Source of the DNA: a virus
Taxonomy: Duplodnaviria > Heunggongvirae > Uroviricota > Caudoviricetes
Virus record (IMG/VR): IMGVR_UViG_3300044929_000080
Length of the DNA: 64,000 bases
Strand: one strand, 5' to 3'
The translations under genes were made by a program, and so were the position numbers. The notes beneath the pieces are model-generated. The model did no database searches and was not told the DNA's origin. It saw only the letters and a list, made by a program, of their open reading frames with translations. This document shows positions 9,145 through 19,015 of the stretch, piece after piece (the stretch's first letter is position 1; each line of letters starts with the position of its first letter).

Positions 9145-10698
9145 CTATGCAACCATCGGTGAGAGGCTGGTTTCAAAGTGCTCATAAACGGCTTCAGGGT
9201 TATTGCTGTCCCAAGGAACAAAAGTGCCACGTTCAACGCCGGATCTCTCGGCAACGAGATCAATTTTCAGATGTGCGACCTTCCTGATGCCTTGCTGATT
9301 GATTGCGAACACAGTCCCTTCTTTAGGGAGGCAAACCTGTTCTACACCATTACTCATCGCAATATCGGCATGGGCTTCCATGTGGTGTTCCTCCCCGTGA
9401 ACAGGAATAGAAAAACGAGGGCGAACAAGGTCATACATGGTAGCAATCTCGTTTCCGACCGCATGGCCAGTTACGTGGAGAGGTGAGCCCCGATATTCCT
9501 TTTCCAAGATGCGGACCCGCTTTGAACGAAGCTTGTCGAAGATCGAATAAAGGTCTTGTTCGTTGCCTGGAATAACGCGAGCCGAATGAACCACTGTATC
9601 GGACTGATGGACTTCCGGCAGTCTCCAATTTTCACCAGCGGCGTATTTTGCAAGAGATGCATTCTGTTCACCTTGCGCACCCGTACAAATCAACACCATC
9701 TCACGACGATCAAGTCCTCTAAGATGAGAAGGCTCTTTCAAAAATGGCCGAACGCCGTCCATCAATCCGAGTTCGCGTGCTATTTCTTCATTGCGCCGCA
9801 ATGAACGGCCAGAGAGCGCCACTTGACGGCCAGTAGCGGCGGCAGCACGGCCAATTGATGCCACACGAGCAATATTGGTCGCAAAACAACTAACCAAACA
9901 AAGACCAGGAGCCTTTTTAAATACTTTCGCCATACCAGTTGCAACATCGCGTTCCGAAGTAACTGTACCTTGTCGATCCGCATTGGTGCTGTCACAAACT
10001 ATAGCAAGAACGCCTTTTTCGCCCAGAGACTGGAGAGCCTTCATATTCGTTGGCCGACCCACTACTGGATGAGGATCGAATTTCCAGTCACCAGTATGAA
10101 AGACCTTTCCAACAGGCGTATCGAAAACAAGGCTTACACATTCAGGAACTGAGTGCGTCATGCGGATCGTATCGATATGCATGTTACCGACGCGTAGCCT
10201 GTTTCCAGGCTGGAACTGACGCAGTTTAACATGTCCCAATGTTCCGGCCTCAGCAAAGCGGTTATTGAGAACCTTGGAAGCAAACGGAGTTGCGTAGATC
10301 GGACATTTTATTGTAGGCCAAAGCCGATGGATAGCGCCAATATGGTCTTCATGAGCATGTGTCACGACAAGACCTGAAAGCCTTGGCAAAACACCTTTCA
10401 GTGAATTCAAATCGGGGAAAATGGCGTCGACGCCATCAATATCGCGTGGAGCAAACGCAGAGCCTGCGTCAACCAAAACCCACTCGCCATCATAGCCGTA
10501 AAGGGTCCAGTTCATTCCAATCTGACCGATGCCGCCGACTGTGCAAACGAGAACAGAATCTCGACTAGGAATTGGTAAAATTGAGGGGGAATTATTTGAA
10601 TTTAATTTTAATAATTCAGAATTTAAATGGGATTTACCCGAAACGTTTTCTTTTTCTTTCATGCTCTTCGTTTTCCGTGAATTTAGGACCAATGTCAA
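9145..10698 (-). CDS. metallo-beta-lactamase fold beta-CASP nuclease, RNase J-like
   Basis: RNase J-type N-terminus VCTVGGIGQIGMNWT...VLVDAGSAF and MBL motif VVTHAHEDHIGA. Track start is TTG; an internal ATG (about 10662, MKEKENV) is an alternative start. Confidence 0.7.
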   Translation of the reverse strand: MTLVLNSRKTKSMKEKENVSGKSHLNSELLKLNSNNSPSILPIPSRDSVLVCTVGGIGQIGMNWTLYGYDGEWVLVDAGSAFAPRDIDGVDAIFPDLNSLKGVLPRLSGLVVTHAHEDHIGAIHRLWPTIKCPIYATPFASKVLNNRFAEAGTLGHVKLRQFQPGNRLRVGNMHIDTIRMTHSVPECVSLVFDTPVGKVFHTGDWKFDPHPVVGRPTNMKALQSLGEKGVLAIVCDSTNADRQGTVTSERDVATGMAKVFKKAPGLCLVSCFATNIARVASIGRAAAATGRQVALSGRSLRRNEEIARELGLMDGVRPFLKEPSHLRGLDRREMVLICTGAQGEQNASLAKYAAGENWRLPEVHQSDTVVHSARVIPGNEQDLYSIFDKLRSKRVRILEKEYRGSPLHVTGHAVGNEIATMYDLVRPRFSIPVHGEEHHMEAHADIAMSNGVEQVCLPKEGTVFAINQQGIRKVAHLKIDLVAERSGVERGTFVPWDSNNPEAVYEHFETSLSPMVA

Positions 10699-10767
10699 TT
10701 AGTAAATCGCATGAAACAACGTTGGTTAGACGACAGGCGACAGTTTGTTGCAAAAAAGAACCAGTTA

Positions 10768-11313
10768 TTAAAGTGAATGCTGTTTTATCCGATACGAAAG
10801 AGCACGGAAAAACGCCACTAACAGCAAAACGATAACTGCAAAAGACACTATTGCATTCAAGCCAGCAAGGCTAACTCCAAGGAAACGCAATGCAGGTTCA
10901 GTGCACGATACCATTTTTGTATTCTGGATTGCACTCAATAAATCTGTCGCATCCATTCCCGATTGTAAATTAAACGATCCACAAGATGTAGGACCTTCCC
11001 AAAATTTCCATTCAGCACCTGCGTGATAAACGGAAATTACCAGACCATACAAATAAATAATAACTGCCAAAATAATCATATGAATTATTTTTCGATAAGG
11101 AGAGGCGGCCCAAGACAACGATAAAAGCATTACAGGGATGCCTAAATAATGCGAAATTCGTCCTTTGTAACATAGCTCACACGGTACATAGCCTCCCACG
11201 TGTTCAAAACACAGTGCAATTGTGATTGCAATAAATGAGATAAAAATAGCAATACAAACAATACCTTCAGGCCTTCTAAAAACTTTCGCGGTCAATCCCA
11301 TAAAATTCTCCAA
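10768..11313 (-). CDS. DsbB-like disulfide bond formation membrane protein
   Basis: Four-TM topology with CxxC (CELC) in first loop and second Cys pair in second loop. Confidence 0.5.
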   Translation of the reverse strand: MENFMGLTAKVFRRPEGIVCIAIFISFIAITIALCFEHVGGYVPCELCYKGRISHYLGIPVMLLSLSWAASPYRKIIHMIILAVIIYLYGLVISVYHAGAEWKFWEGPTSCGSFNLQSGMDATDLLSAIQNTKMVSCTEPALRFLGVSLAGLNAIVSFAVIVLLLVAFFRALSYRIKQHSL

Positions 11314-11432
11314 TCAATATCTATTAAAAAAAATAGTTCATTCAAAAATTATTGACAACACATAATATTTATGGATTTTTAAAACTCATCGGCAAGCGAT
11401 TGCCCTATCAATAAATTAATAAGGAGATTTAA

Positions 11433-12392
11433 TTGATTAACCCATCCGCCTATGTCATGAACCCAAATTCAATCAATCCATTCGAAATGGTATTTTCGCT
11501 ATTTTTATCATTCATCGCAATTATTATTGTCGGATTGATAATCCGTTCGTGTTTTGTCATGGTTCGCGAAAAATCCTTCAAGACCACTGTTCTTTTTGGG
11601 AGTCGATATTTTCGCACTTTGAAGCCTGGTTTGCATCTGAAGTTCCCATATCCATTCGAAATGGTTGATCGAACAGGATATACAGGTATCGCCGAATTGC
11701 CTGTTGAAGTAAAATCTCTCACCAAGGATCGCGCTAACATTACTCTCGGTGTTCGCGTTCAGTATGTCGCAAACGAGGACAAGGCTTATGAGGCTGCATA
11801 CATGCTGGAAAATCCAGAAATGCAGATCAAATCCTATATCGAAAACACGATGCGCGCCCAGATTACGACTATGAACGTGGAAGATGTCTTTTCATCCACC
11901 AATGAGTTCGAAAGCAGTGTTCAGCAAGAGTTGGAAACTCGTTTTCATGCCTATGGCTACAATATCATCAATGTTCTCATCGATCAGCCACAGCTTTCGA
12001 AAGAACTGACGGCCGCGTACCAAGCCAAGCTTGTCGCGGTACAGCTTCAGGAAGCCGCAACTGCTGAAGGCGAAGCAATCCGCATTAAAATGGTAGCAAA
12101 GGCCAACGCTGAAGGTGAAAGCCTTGTCGTTAAGGCAAATGCTTTCAAAGAATTTCGAAAGGTTGTCGCCGAAGGCAATGCTGAGGCAATCAACGCCTTC
12201 CTTAACGATCTCCCTGACGCCTCGATCACAGGCAAGGATGTCATGCAATTCTTTGCTGGAATTGATGAGCGAGATGCGCTGCGCGATGTCGGTCAAAATG
12301 GCGGACGAGTGGTCATGATCACTGGTCAAACAAATGCCAACCCAATTGCGGGTACGACAGCAGCAATTGAAGCGGCGGTTAAAGATCGATAA
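11433..12392 (+). CDS. SPFH/band-7 (stomatin/prohibitin-like) membrane protein
   Basis: N-terminal TM followed by SPFH-like core (FGSRYFRTLKPGLHLKFPYPFE...ITLGVRVQYV) and Ala/Glu-rich coiled coil; TTG start preceded by AAGGAG. Confidence 0.75.
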   Translation: MINPSAYVMNPNSINPFEMVFSLFLSFIAIIIVGLIIRSCFVMVREKSFKTTVLFGSRYFRTLKPGLHLKFPYPFEMVDRTGYTGIAELPVEVKSLTKDRANITLGVRVQYVANEDKAYEAAYMLENPEMQIKSYIENTMRAQITTMNVEDVFSSTNEFESSVQQELETRFHAYGYNIINVLIDQPQLSKELTAAYQAKLVAVQLQEAATAEGEAIRIKMVAKANAEGESLVVKANAFKEFRKVVAEGNAEAINAFLNDLPDASITGKDVMQFFAGIDERDALRDVGQNGGRVVMITGQTNANPIAGTTAAIEAAVKDR

Positions 12393-12410
12393 TCGGGCAG
12401 GATATAATGA

Positions 12411-12441
12411 AAAAAGGCGTGGAAATTTCTGCGCCTTTTCG
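12411..12441 (+). terminator. rho-independent terminator after SPFH gene
   Basis: AAGGCG-12nt loop-CGCCTT hairpin followed by TTTCG T-tract. Confidence 0.45.
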
Positions 12442-12590
12442 TATTGGCTTTGTCATGTAATAAACACTAAATACGCTAATCCCATTTTTTGCACGGCTTT
12501 TAATATTAAATAAGCTAAACAATCAGAACGTTTTAATTTGATACAAGACTTATTGAAGGGAGATGTCTCGTTTAGCGAGCAATTTACGTC

Positions 12591-14726
12591 ATGGAAAAAT
12601 CGAAGCGAGTTCTATTTCTAACTGAAAAATGGCAAGGACGCGTCATGGAGCGCTCCAACGACGACCATTCCAGGAAGAAAGAGTTCAAAGGTGTGGAAAC
12701 CCTTGTTTCGCTCGATCCGACCCCTCGCAGTGAATATCTGGATTGGATTTGCCGCACTTATGTCGGTCAATCATTCCTAATCGAAGACGCTGACCGCGTC
12801 TCCAACACCCTCACCATATTTCATCGATTCAAACGCCGCTTGCCTGTTGCACAGCGTGACATTGGTCGTATCAAAAACGAACAGGATCTATGGGAGATCG
12901 TAGAACGCTTCATTCCTCATAACGGGGAGGAAGAACCAGTCGAAGGCAAGGAGTTGAAGCGTCAGGAAAAGGCAACGGCGATAAGCGAAAGCGACATCCT
13001 GGAAAGTACCGACCTCGAAGGCTGGATTGTTGCTTCTCCTGTTACACATTTTGCAGCTCGATGGTGGTCCAGAGGAACACGCTGGTGCACAGGCATGAAG
13101 AACCCAGCGCATTTCAATAGATACGCAATCAACGGACCTTTGCGCGTATTCATCTCGCCTTCTGGGGATAAATTTCAGGCGCATATTGCCACATTTACGT
13201 TCTGCGACGCTGCAGATCGACAGATCGATAAAAACAAATTCCTTTCCAGTATTCCCAAATCCGCGCTCGAATTGTTGCAAGGCGATGTCATCCAATCTTT
13301 TGACAACCTAGGTAATATCACAACTATTCCAGCGCTTTTAAGATCAGAAGGAATGATTGAAAAGGCAAAGAAAGCAGGTTTTGATAAGGCTGTCACCATC
13401 GCTGAAAACAAGGGCGGTTACGCGCTCAAGTTTTTGCCATCCATGCTGTCTATGTGGGCTTATGGACTGGCCGAAGAATCTGATTTCAGACGTGGCGAGC
13501 AGCGGGCTGACATCGCGCTCTTTCATGGCGGTGAAGTGCTCGCAAGATACTTTGTCGCCAATCACTACGGAATTGCTCTTGGAAATGAAATCAAGAAGAC
13601 GGCAGACGTTGAATTCATTCAACAAGCGGCCAACGGCATGATGTGTCTATGGGAGAAAAACTCGATTTTCGCTGAGGGATTTCTCGTTGGAGTAAAAGAC
13701 GCGTTTGCAGAGGATTTCTTCACTCAAAAGACTTGGGACGTCTATTTCGCACAGGCTTCCAAAAAACAACGAGGAAAGAGCGTTTTCGAAATCAAGCCGG
13801 ATGTAGTAACCGACGAGATGGCAAATGCGTTGGCCAGACATAACCTGCTCACGATACTTCCGCTTTCATTGGTGACGCCAGAGCGCGTCGACATTTTCGT
13901 ATCAGAGACACCTGAGCACATTAGCCGCATTACTCACATCGGCCTCGATCACATGATTTCTGATGAGGCGATCAAACAGGCCGCACGCTGGAAAAAAGGC
14001 AAAGGCCTCGCCTTCATTCCTTTCGAACGATTGAACCAAGAATTATTCCGTAGTGTCGTCGAGGAGTTCCCTACGGCCATCTGTCACGTTGACGAGCGAT
14101 ATCTAACAACAGAACTGATCGACAGGGTTGTATGTGTAACTCCGAATGTAGTGTTCAACATTCCAAAACGTTTTGTGACCGAGGAACTGCTGATCAAAGC
14201 CGTTTCTATTCAAGGCAACCTGTATCAACAGCTAAAACCTGAATGGCGAACCCCGTCAGTGACAGAAGTCGCGTTACGCGTCTCGCCCAACGTCTTCGTC
14301 AACACGGACTGCGAATTGACTTACCAGCAATTCCTCGACGGCGTAGCACTATCAGGTAGCACGCTCTCACGCGTTCCTCTGATTTATCGTACAATTGAGA
14401 TGTGCGAAGCCGCATTGAGCTTCAATATCAGCGAGGCAATCAGCCACGTCCCTCCTCCCATACTTAAAACAATCAAGCAGAAAGTCGACGCCAACACTGG
14501 AACGCTGTTTGAAGAAAAGATCAGAAATTGGAACCGCCCGATTTCAAAACGCTATGCTGCATCAGATCCAATCCATTCCTTCTACCCTGATGAGGCAACG
14601 ATCTTGCCCGAGCGTCTGAAAAAACTAATGCACGGCGACAAAACGGAGATTTACACCGATCCAGAAGGCTTGCTCGTTCGCGACCCAGAAATGAAAAATG
14701 CCCAGGCACTCGCTATGTCAATATAG
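12591..14726 (+). CDS. large hypothetical protein, paralog A; conserved N-module + C-terminal DUF4116-like repeats
   Basis: About 50% identity to 14795..17047 over first ~235 aa (REYxDWxCRTYV, LPVxQRDIGR, WWxRGTRWCT, KxQAHIA). C-terminus has ~25-aa repeats T-x-E-L/M-C-x-x-A. Confidence 0.65.
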   Translation: MEKSKRVLFLTEKWQGRVMERSNDDHSRKKEFKGVETLVSLDPTPRSEYLDWICRTYVGQSFLIEDADRVSNTLTIFHRFKRRLPVAQRDIGRIKNEQDLWEIVERFIPHNGEEEPVEGKELKRQEKATAISESDILESTDLEGWIVASPVTHFAARWWSRGTRWCTGMKNPAHFNRYAINGPLRVFISPSGDKFQAHIATFTFCDAADRQIDKNKFLSSIPKSALELLQGDVIQSFDNLGNITTIPALLRSEGMIEKAKKAGFDKAVTIAENKGGYALKFLPSMLSMWAYGLAEESDFRRGEQRADIALFHGGEVLARYFVANHYGIALGNEIKKTADVEFIQQAANGMMCLWEKNSIFAEGFLVGVKDAFAEDFFTQKTWDVYFAQASKKQRGKSVFEIKPDVVTDEMANALARHNLLTILPLSLVTPERVDIFVSETPEHISRITHIGLDHMISDEAIKQAARWKKGKGLAFIPFERLNQELFRSVVEEFPTAICHVDERYLTTELIDRVVCVTPNVVFNIPKRFVTEELLIKAVSIQGNLYQQLKPEWRTPSVTEVALRVSPNVFVNTDCELTYQQFLDGVALSGSTLSRVPLIYRTIEMCEAALSFNISEAISHVPPPILKTIKQKVDANTGTLFEEKIRNWNRPISKRYAASDPIHSFYPDEATILPERLKKLMHGDKTEIYTDPEGLLVRDPEMKNAQALAMSI

Positions 14727-14794
14727 AGAGGTCGCGAAACCAGAGTCTGGTTTCATGCAAGGTAAAATGGTCTCCTGATCAAAGGAGATTTTAT

Positions 14795-17047
14795 ATGGCA
14801 ATTACACCGAGACTGCTGTTCCTCAGAAACAAATGGAACGCGCGATTGATCGAAAGGCAGGCTACAGATAGCTCGCATCCACAGGACGCCAATCCGATGG
14901 ACTTTCTGATTGATGTCGACCCAACGAAGAAGCGCGAGTACACCGACTGGCTATGCCGAACATACGTCTCGGGCAATTTTCGCTACGAAGACCGCGAACG
15001 CGTAAAGTTTACACTCGAACTTTTCAATCTGCACAAACACCGCCTCCCTGTCGAACAGCGCGACATCGGACGCATGAGAACCGAGCAGGATGTATGGCAT
15101 ATCGTCGAAAATTATTTACCGAAGGATGACGAAGAAGAACCAACGCCTGCTGGACGAGAGAAAAGACGCCAGGAACGTGCAAAGGCTTTGGCTGAAAGCG
15201 AGATTGATGATAGCGAATTGAGCGGTGATTGGATTATCGCATCCCCCAACACTCATTTCGCAAGCCAATGGTGGGGAAGAGGTACGCGCTGGTGTACGGC
15301 TATGAAAACACCTGAGAATTTCGATGCCTATATGGTATCTAGTCCTCTTCGCATTTTTATATCTCCTGATGGCAGCAAATTACAGGCTCATATAGCCTCT
15401 ATGACAATCTGCGACGAAGAGGATATTCCGCTTGATTTTAAGACTGTTGCGAAACAATTACCTGTTGCAGCAATCGAGCTTCTTAGATGCGATTTAATCC
15501 AATGTATCCATAAAGCCGATCCGGCTGTACTTGATTATCCTGACAGGACTCCAAAAGAGCTATTGGACGATAATACAACAAAGGCACTCATAAAGAAGCT
15601 GGAGGAGTTTTCTTTAATTAAGGTGAATTCGACCAATGGTGCATGGTCATTGAGAATACTCGAAAATAAATATTCAGAATGGCTAAGGCATTTGCATAAA
15701 GACGCAAGTATCCCAAAACAAATAGGATACGCTCGACAGGAAGGATCTGTCGTATATCTGTCTGAAAATAATAAGGTGACAAATGCATTCCCTTTTCACA
15801 GCAGAAAAATGGACAAGGACAACACAGACAAGACTCTGAATGCAATTGTGAAAACTAATGATAAAGCATTTATCAAAGAATGCGCTGATGAACTTATGGA
15901 TGCTTGGCGAGTTAAAATGTTAGGCTCGAATATAGTTAATCAATTCATGGCCGCTATTCCTGACGATTGTAAAACTGACAATTTTTGGAAAGCATACACA
16001 GAAGGATTCGCTGCCTATACAAGAAATAAGGATTTCATTTCGCCACCTGAGCAATATCTGAATGAAAATAACATTAGAAACATCGCGCTGTTTAATCTTC
16101 CGAGAGTTCCACTTCATAAGATCACAAAGGAAATTTTGAAAGAAGGACTATACAGCTCAGGATCAGATGGAAAGATATTTGCCAAAAACAACGATTTATT
16201 CAGACTCATAAATGAAGAAGAAATCATTGAATTTGCGACGTCTGGTAAAGGTGCAGATGTTGAGTTTCTTCCCGAAAAACACATAACACCAAAATTAGCT
16301 AAATATTATGTTGAGGCCAGACCAGCGCACATTGGACACCTTGATCTTGCTACCGATTTTAACTCAACGGGCCGCAGTGCGATAACAGAAGAGTTGTGTT
16401 TCAGGGCTATTGAACTCTCGCAGGCAGCGATAAGTTCAATTCCTAGGAGAATGCTGACGCCAGAAATGTGTATTTACGCAATTGAACATCACAGATTTGC
16501 TATTAATGATATACCGAAAAACATGAGAACAGTTGAGATGTATGTTGAAAGCATTCGGCGCGAGCCAGACACTATTTCACATGTTCATACTGATAAAGTT
16601 TTGATCCCCTATGAAACCTTTTTGTCTGCTGTTTCAAGCAACTCCAGCCATCTTGGAATTGTTCCATTACCATATAGAACGACAGAGATGTGTACCGCCG
16701 CCATCAACAGCATAACCAAAAATGATGTCGACGATTTATCGCCACACATCGCCGAAAAGAACCGAATTGGTAAAATGGAAGAAATTTTAAAACACGTGCC
16801 GCCGAAAGTTGCACATCAAATACCAGCATTCAAAGAAATAATGGAATTACGCTCCAATAATACGAATTTTATAGCACGAGGATATGCCAATGACATCCAC
16901 ATAATGAATTTTGAACCTTATGATCAAATTCCAGAAGCCTTACCAATATTATTCAAGGATTCAAAATCAAAAGAGTATCAGAGTTTACCAATGAATGTTA
17001 TGGAAATTATGGAAGAATTTGAAGAAAAGATTTGCCCGAAACTATAG
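14795..17047 (+). CDS. large hypothetical protein, paralog B; conserved N-module + C-terminal DUF4116-like repeats
   Basis: AAAGGAG RBS; N-terminal homology to 12591..14726; C-terminal repeats (LTPEMCIYAIEHH..., RTTEMCTAAINS...). Confidence 0.7.
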   Translation: MAITPRLLFLRNKWNARLIERQATDSSHPQDANPMDFLIDVDPTKKREYTDWLCRTYVSGNFRYEDRERVKFTLELFNLHKHRLPVEQRDIGRMRTEQDVWHIVENYLPKDDEEEPTPAGREKRRQERAKALAESEIDDSELSGDWIIASPNTHFASQWWGRGTRWCTAMKTPENFDAYMVSSPLRIFISPDGSKLQAHIASMTICDEEDIPLDFKTVAKQLPVAAIELLRCDLIQCIHKADPAVLDYPDRTPKELLDDNTTKALIKKLEEFSLIKVNSTNGAWSLRILENKYSEWLRHLHKDASIPKQIGYARQEGSVVYLSENNKVTNAFPFHSRKMDKDNTDKTLNAIVKTNDKAFIKECADELMDAWRVKMLGSNIVNQFMAAIPDDCKTDNFWKAYTEGFAAYTRNKDFISPPEQYLNENNIRNIALFNLPRVPLHKITKEILKEGLYSSGSDGKIFAKNNDLFRLINEEEIIEFATSGKGADVEFLPEKHITPKLAKYYVEARPAHIGHLDLATDFNSTGRSAITEELCFRAIELSQAAISSIPRRMLTPEMCIYAIEHHRFAINDIPKNMRTVEMYVESIRREPDTISHVHTDKVLIPYETFLSAVSSNSSHLGIVPLPYRTTEMCTAAINSITKNDVDDLSPHIAEKNRIGKMEEILKHVPPKVAHQIPAFKEIMELRSNNTNFIARGYANDIHIMNFEPYDQIPEALPILFKDSKSKEYQSLPMNVMEIMEEFEEKICPKL

Positions 17048-17286
17048 GGAATGCACTGGTAGTGGTAAGCTGTTACCGGATAGTTGTCTTAAGCAAAATA
17101 TTGATCGACGATCATATTAAAACATTATGGAGATTAAAATATGAGCGAAGAAACCATCTCTCTCTCGCCACATAACTCCTGACGCCAGATTACGGCTATG
17201 AAGGCGACAGCATAGTAACCGTTCGACGTCCTGAAGCCACACCATCATCGCCAGGCCTGTGAAACTTGAAAAGTGACGTATATGAA

Positions 17287-17316
17287 AAGGCGGCTGTTGA
17301 GCCGCCTTCATTGTTT
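17287..17316. terminator. bidirectional rho-independent terminator between convergent operons
   Basis: AAGGCGGC-TGTTGA-GCCGCCTT hairpin flanked by A-tract upstream and T-tract downstream. Confidence 0.6.
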
Positions 17317-17348
17317 TAAATCACTCAATGAAGAGCTTTACCAGGCCG

Positions 17349-17570
17349 TTATCGAGCGCCCTCTATCACAGGCGTATGCGCTTTCGCACGGTACCGTAGA
17401 GAAGTAGTGTACGAGGTTCCAACAAATGTATGGGCTTTCACATAATGATTATAAAGGGTGTCGGTGTCCGATGAAGTGACCTTTTGGAAACCATAATCCC
17501 AAGCGAACATAGCGCAGACGAACAGTGTCAGGAAAACAATAATCGTGGATGATTGTCTAGTTTGATCCAT
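17349..17570 (-). CDS. small membrane protein (73 aa) translationally coupled to upstream gene
   Basis: ATG overlaps TGA stop of 17570..19000 (TGATGG). N-terminal TM IIVFLTLFVCAMFAW. The longer 109-aa ORF in the track is an out-of-frame extension. Confidence 0.4.
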   Translation of the reverse strand: MDQTRQSSTIIVFLTLFVCAMFAWDYGFQKVTSSDTDTLYNHYVKAHTFVGTSYTTSLRYRAKAHTPVIEGAR

Positions 17571-19000
17571 CAGAAGCCACCGCCAGTTGATGAATCTCCA
17601 CCGCCAAATCCGCCTCCAGAGGACCACGATGATGAACCTCCAAAGCCACCGCTGTCGGACGAAGATGACGATCCCCAAGAAGATGAGCCACTTGAGCTAT
17701 CCCAAGAACTAGAGCTGGTCGATGAACTGCGAACTCGTGGAGAATAGTAATCCTCTGTCTGTCGATGGGAGCGTTGTACCGCATCCCAGAACACGGAAGC
17801 TGTGATCACACCGGTTGCAAGATTCTCAATCGTCCGATCATCGAGCTTGTCGCTGAATCGGTCAGAAGAACCACTCCAACCACGACGACGAAGCATACTT
17901 TCGGCATCATCCAACTCCTTCATACGTTTTTCAAACTCAAGTTTACCAGGCTGGAGATGCAGGATCTGCACACTAATATTCTTGTGATTAGCCTCCAGAG
18001 CGCTGATCTGTGCAACGATCTGATCGTCCTCTTTACCCTCAGTCTTTCGTGCCAAAGCGTAAAGATCGCTGATGCCGAGCTTCGCCATCTGTTCAGCATA
18101 GGTCTTTGTAATCCGGAACAGATCATCATCGGTCGCAAGGGCCGCTTCAGAAATGTATTCAGACGCTTGTCGGACGTCACCACGAAGCACCGAAATTTCG
18201 TTGTCGATCTGCTTTAGTGATTTGTTTGATGCATCGACCTTTTCCTTAAGCGCAAAAACGTGTTCGTGGGTCTTTTGATAGATTGCCTCCAATGAAGACA
18301 CATCAGACTTGTGATCTTCATTAACTTTATGAATACGTTCATTGAACCATTCAGGAATAGCATGCAAAATATCGTAATCACCTTTCTTGCGCTTGAATGA
18401 GATCAAGTTCGCAAGCCAGCCATCGATACGTGCAGTCAAACCAAAACTATTATATTCGGATTCTCCATAATTTCGCTTGATCAGGTACGAAAAGAACGGG
18501 TCCTCTTCATACGCAACACGCTTTTCAGAAAGCTCTGATTGTGCGCGTTCCATCTTGCGGACGAGGCTTCCAATAACCTCATTAACGCTGGCCAGATGGC
18601 TTCGCAAACGAATAGCTTCTGGATCTTCTTCGTAACGAAGATTGGCTGCCTTATTGGCCTTATCGTAAACTTCGAAAGCTGCATTCGTATCGCGGGCAAC
18701 ACCCTCTCTCTGATCGCGAAGATCATTGATCTTTTGTTCAGCCGCTTTAATTTTGGCCTTGGAATCGTTGATGCGCTGATCACGAGAACGCAACATGTTT
18801 TCGATGTTTTTAGGCAGAGCGACGTCCTGCTTCAAATGCATTGAAGCCAATTGCTGGAGAAGTCGTGCCTGCTCCTGAACGACGCCGCTCAGTTCACGTT
18901 CAAGACCAGCGATCTGACTCGTTACAATGCGAGCCTGTCTCTGAACTTCATCACGCTTGCTAGCAAGTTTATGAGAAATTTCTCTTCCTGTTGTAGCCAT
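17570..19000 (-). CDS. coiled-coil protein with C-terminal Gly/Ser-rich low-complexity tail
   Basis: Heptad-rich helical N-terminal half. C-terminal ~50 aa SSTSSSSWDSSSGSSSWGSSSSSDSGGFGGSSSWSSGGGFGGGDSSTGGGF. Confidence 0.6.
   Translation of the reverse strand: MATTGREISHKLASKRDEVQRQARIVTSQIAGLERELSGVVQEQARLLQQLASMHLKQDVALPKNIENMLRSRDQRINDSKAKIKAAEQKINDLRDQREGVARDTNAAFEVYDKANKAANLRYEEDPEAIRLRSHLASVNEVIGSLVRKMERAQSELSEKRVAYEEDPFFSYLIKRNYGESEYNSFGLTARIDGWLANLISFKRKKGDYDILHAIPEWFNERIHKVNEDHKSDVSSLEAIYQKTHEHVFALKEKVDASNKSLKQIDNEISVLRGDVRQASEYISEAALATDDDLFRITKTYAEQMAKLGISDLYALARKTEGKEDDQIVAQISALEANHKNISVQILHLQPGKLEFEKRMKELDDAESMLRRRGWSGSSDRFSDKLDDRTIENLATGVITASVFWDAVQRSHRQTEDYYSPRVRSSSTSSSSWDSSSGSSSWGSSSSSDSGGFGGSSSWSSGGGFGGGDSSTGGGF
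17572..17730 (-). repeat. low-complexity coding tract (G/S-rich tail)
   Basis: Reiterated gcc/acc/gga/tcc triplets on + strand encoding Gly/Ser/Trp repeats on - strand. Confidence 0.6.
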
Positions 19001-19015
19001 CTGAATATCCCTTCC

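Noticed and set aside
17349-17678. 109-aa ORF with Trp/Arg-rich N-terminus (MGIVIFVRQRWLWRF...)
   Set aside because: The W/R-rich part is the out-of-frame reading of the Gly/Ser-codon repeat of the upstream gene. The real start is the ATG at 17570 that overlaps the upstream stop.
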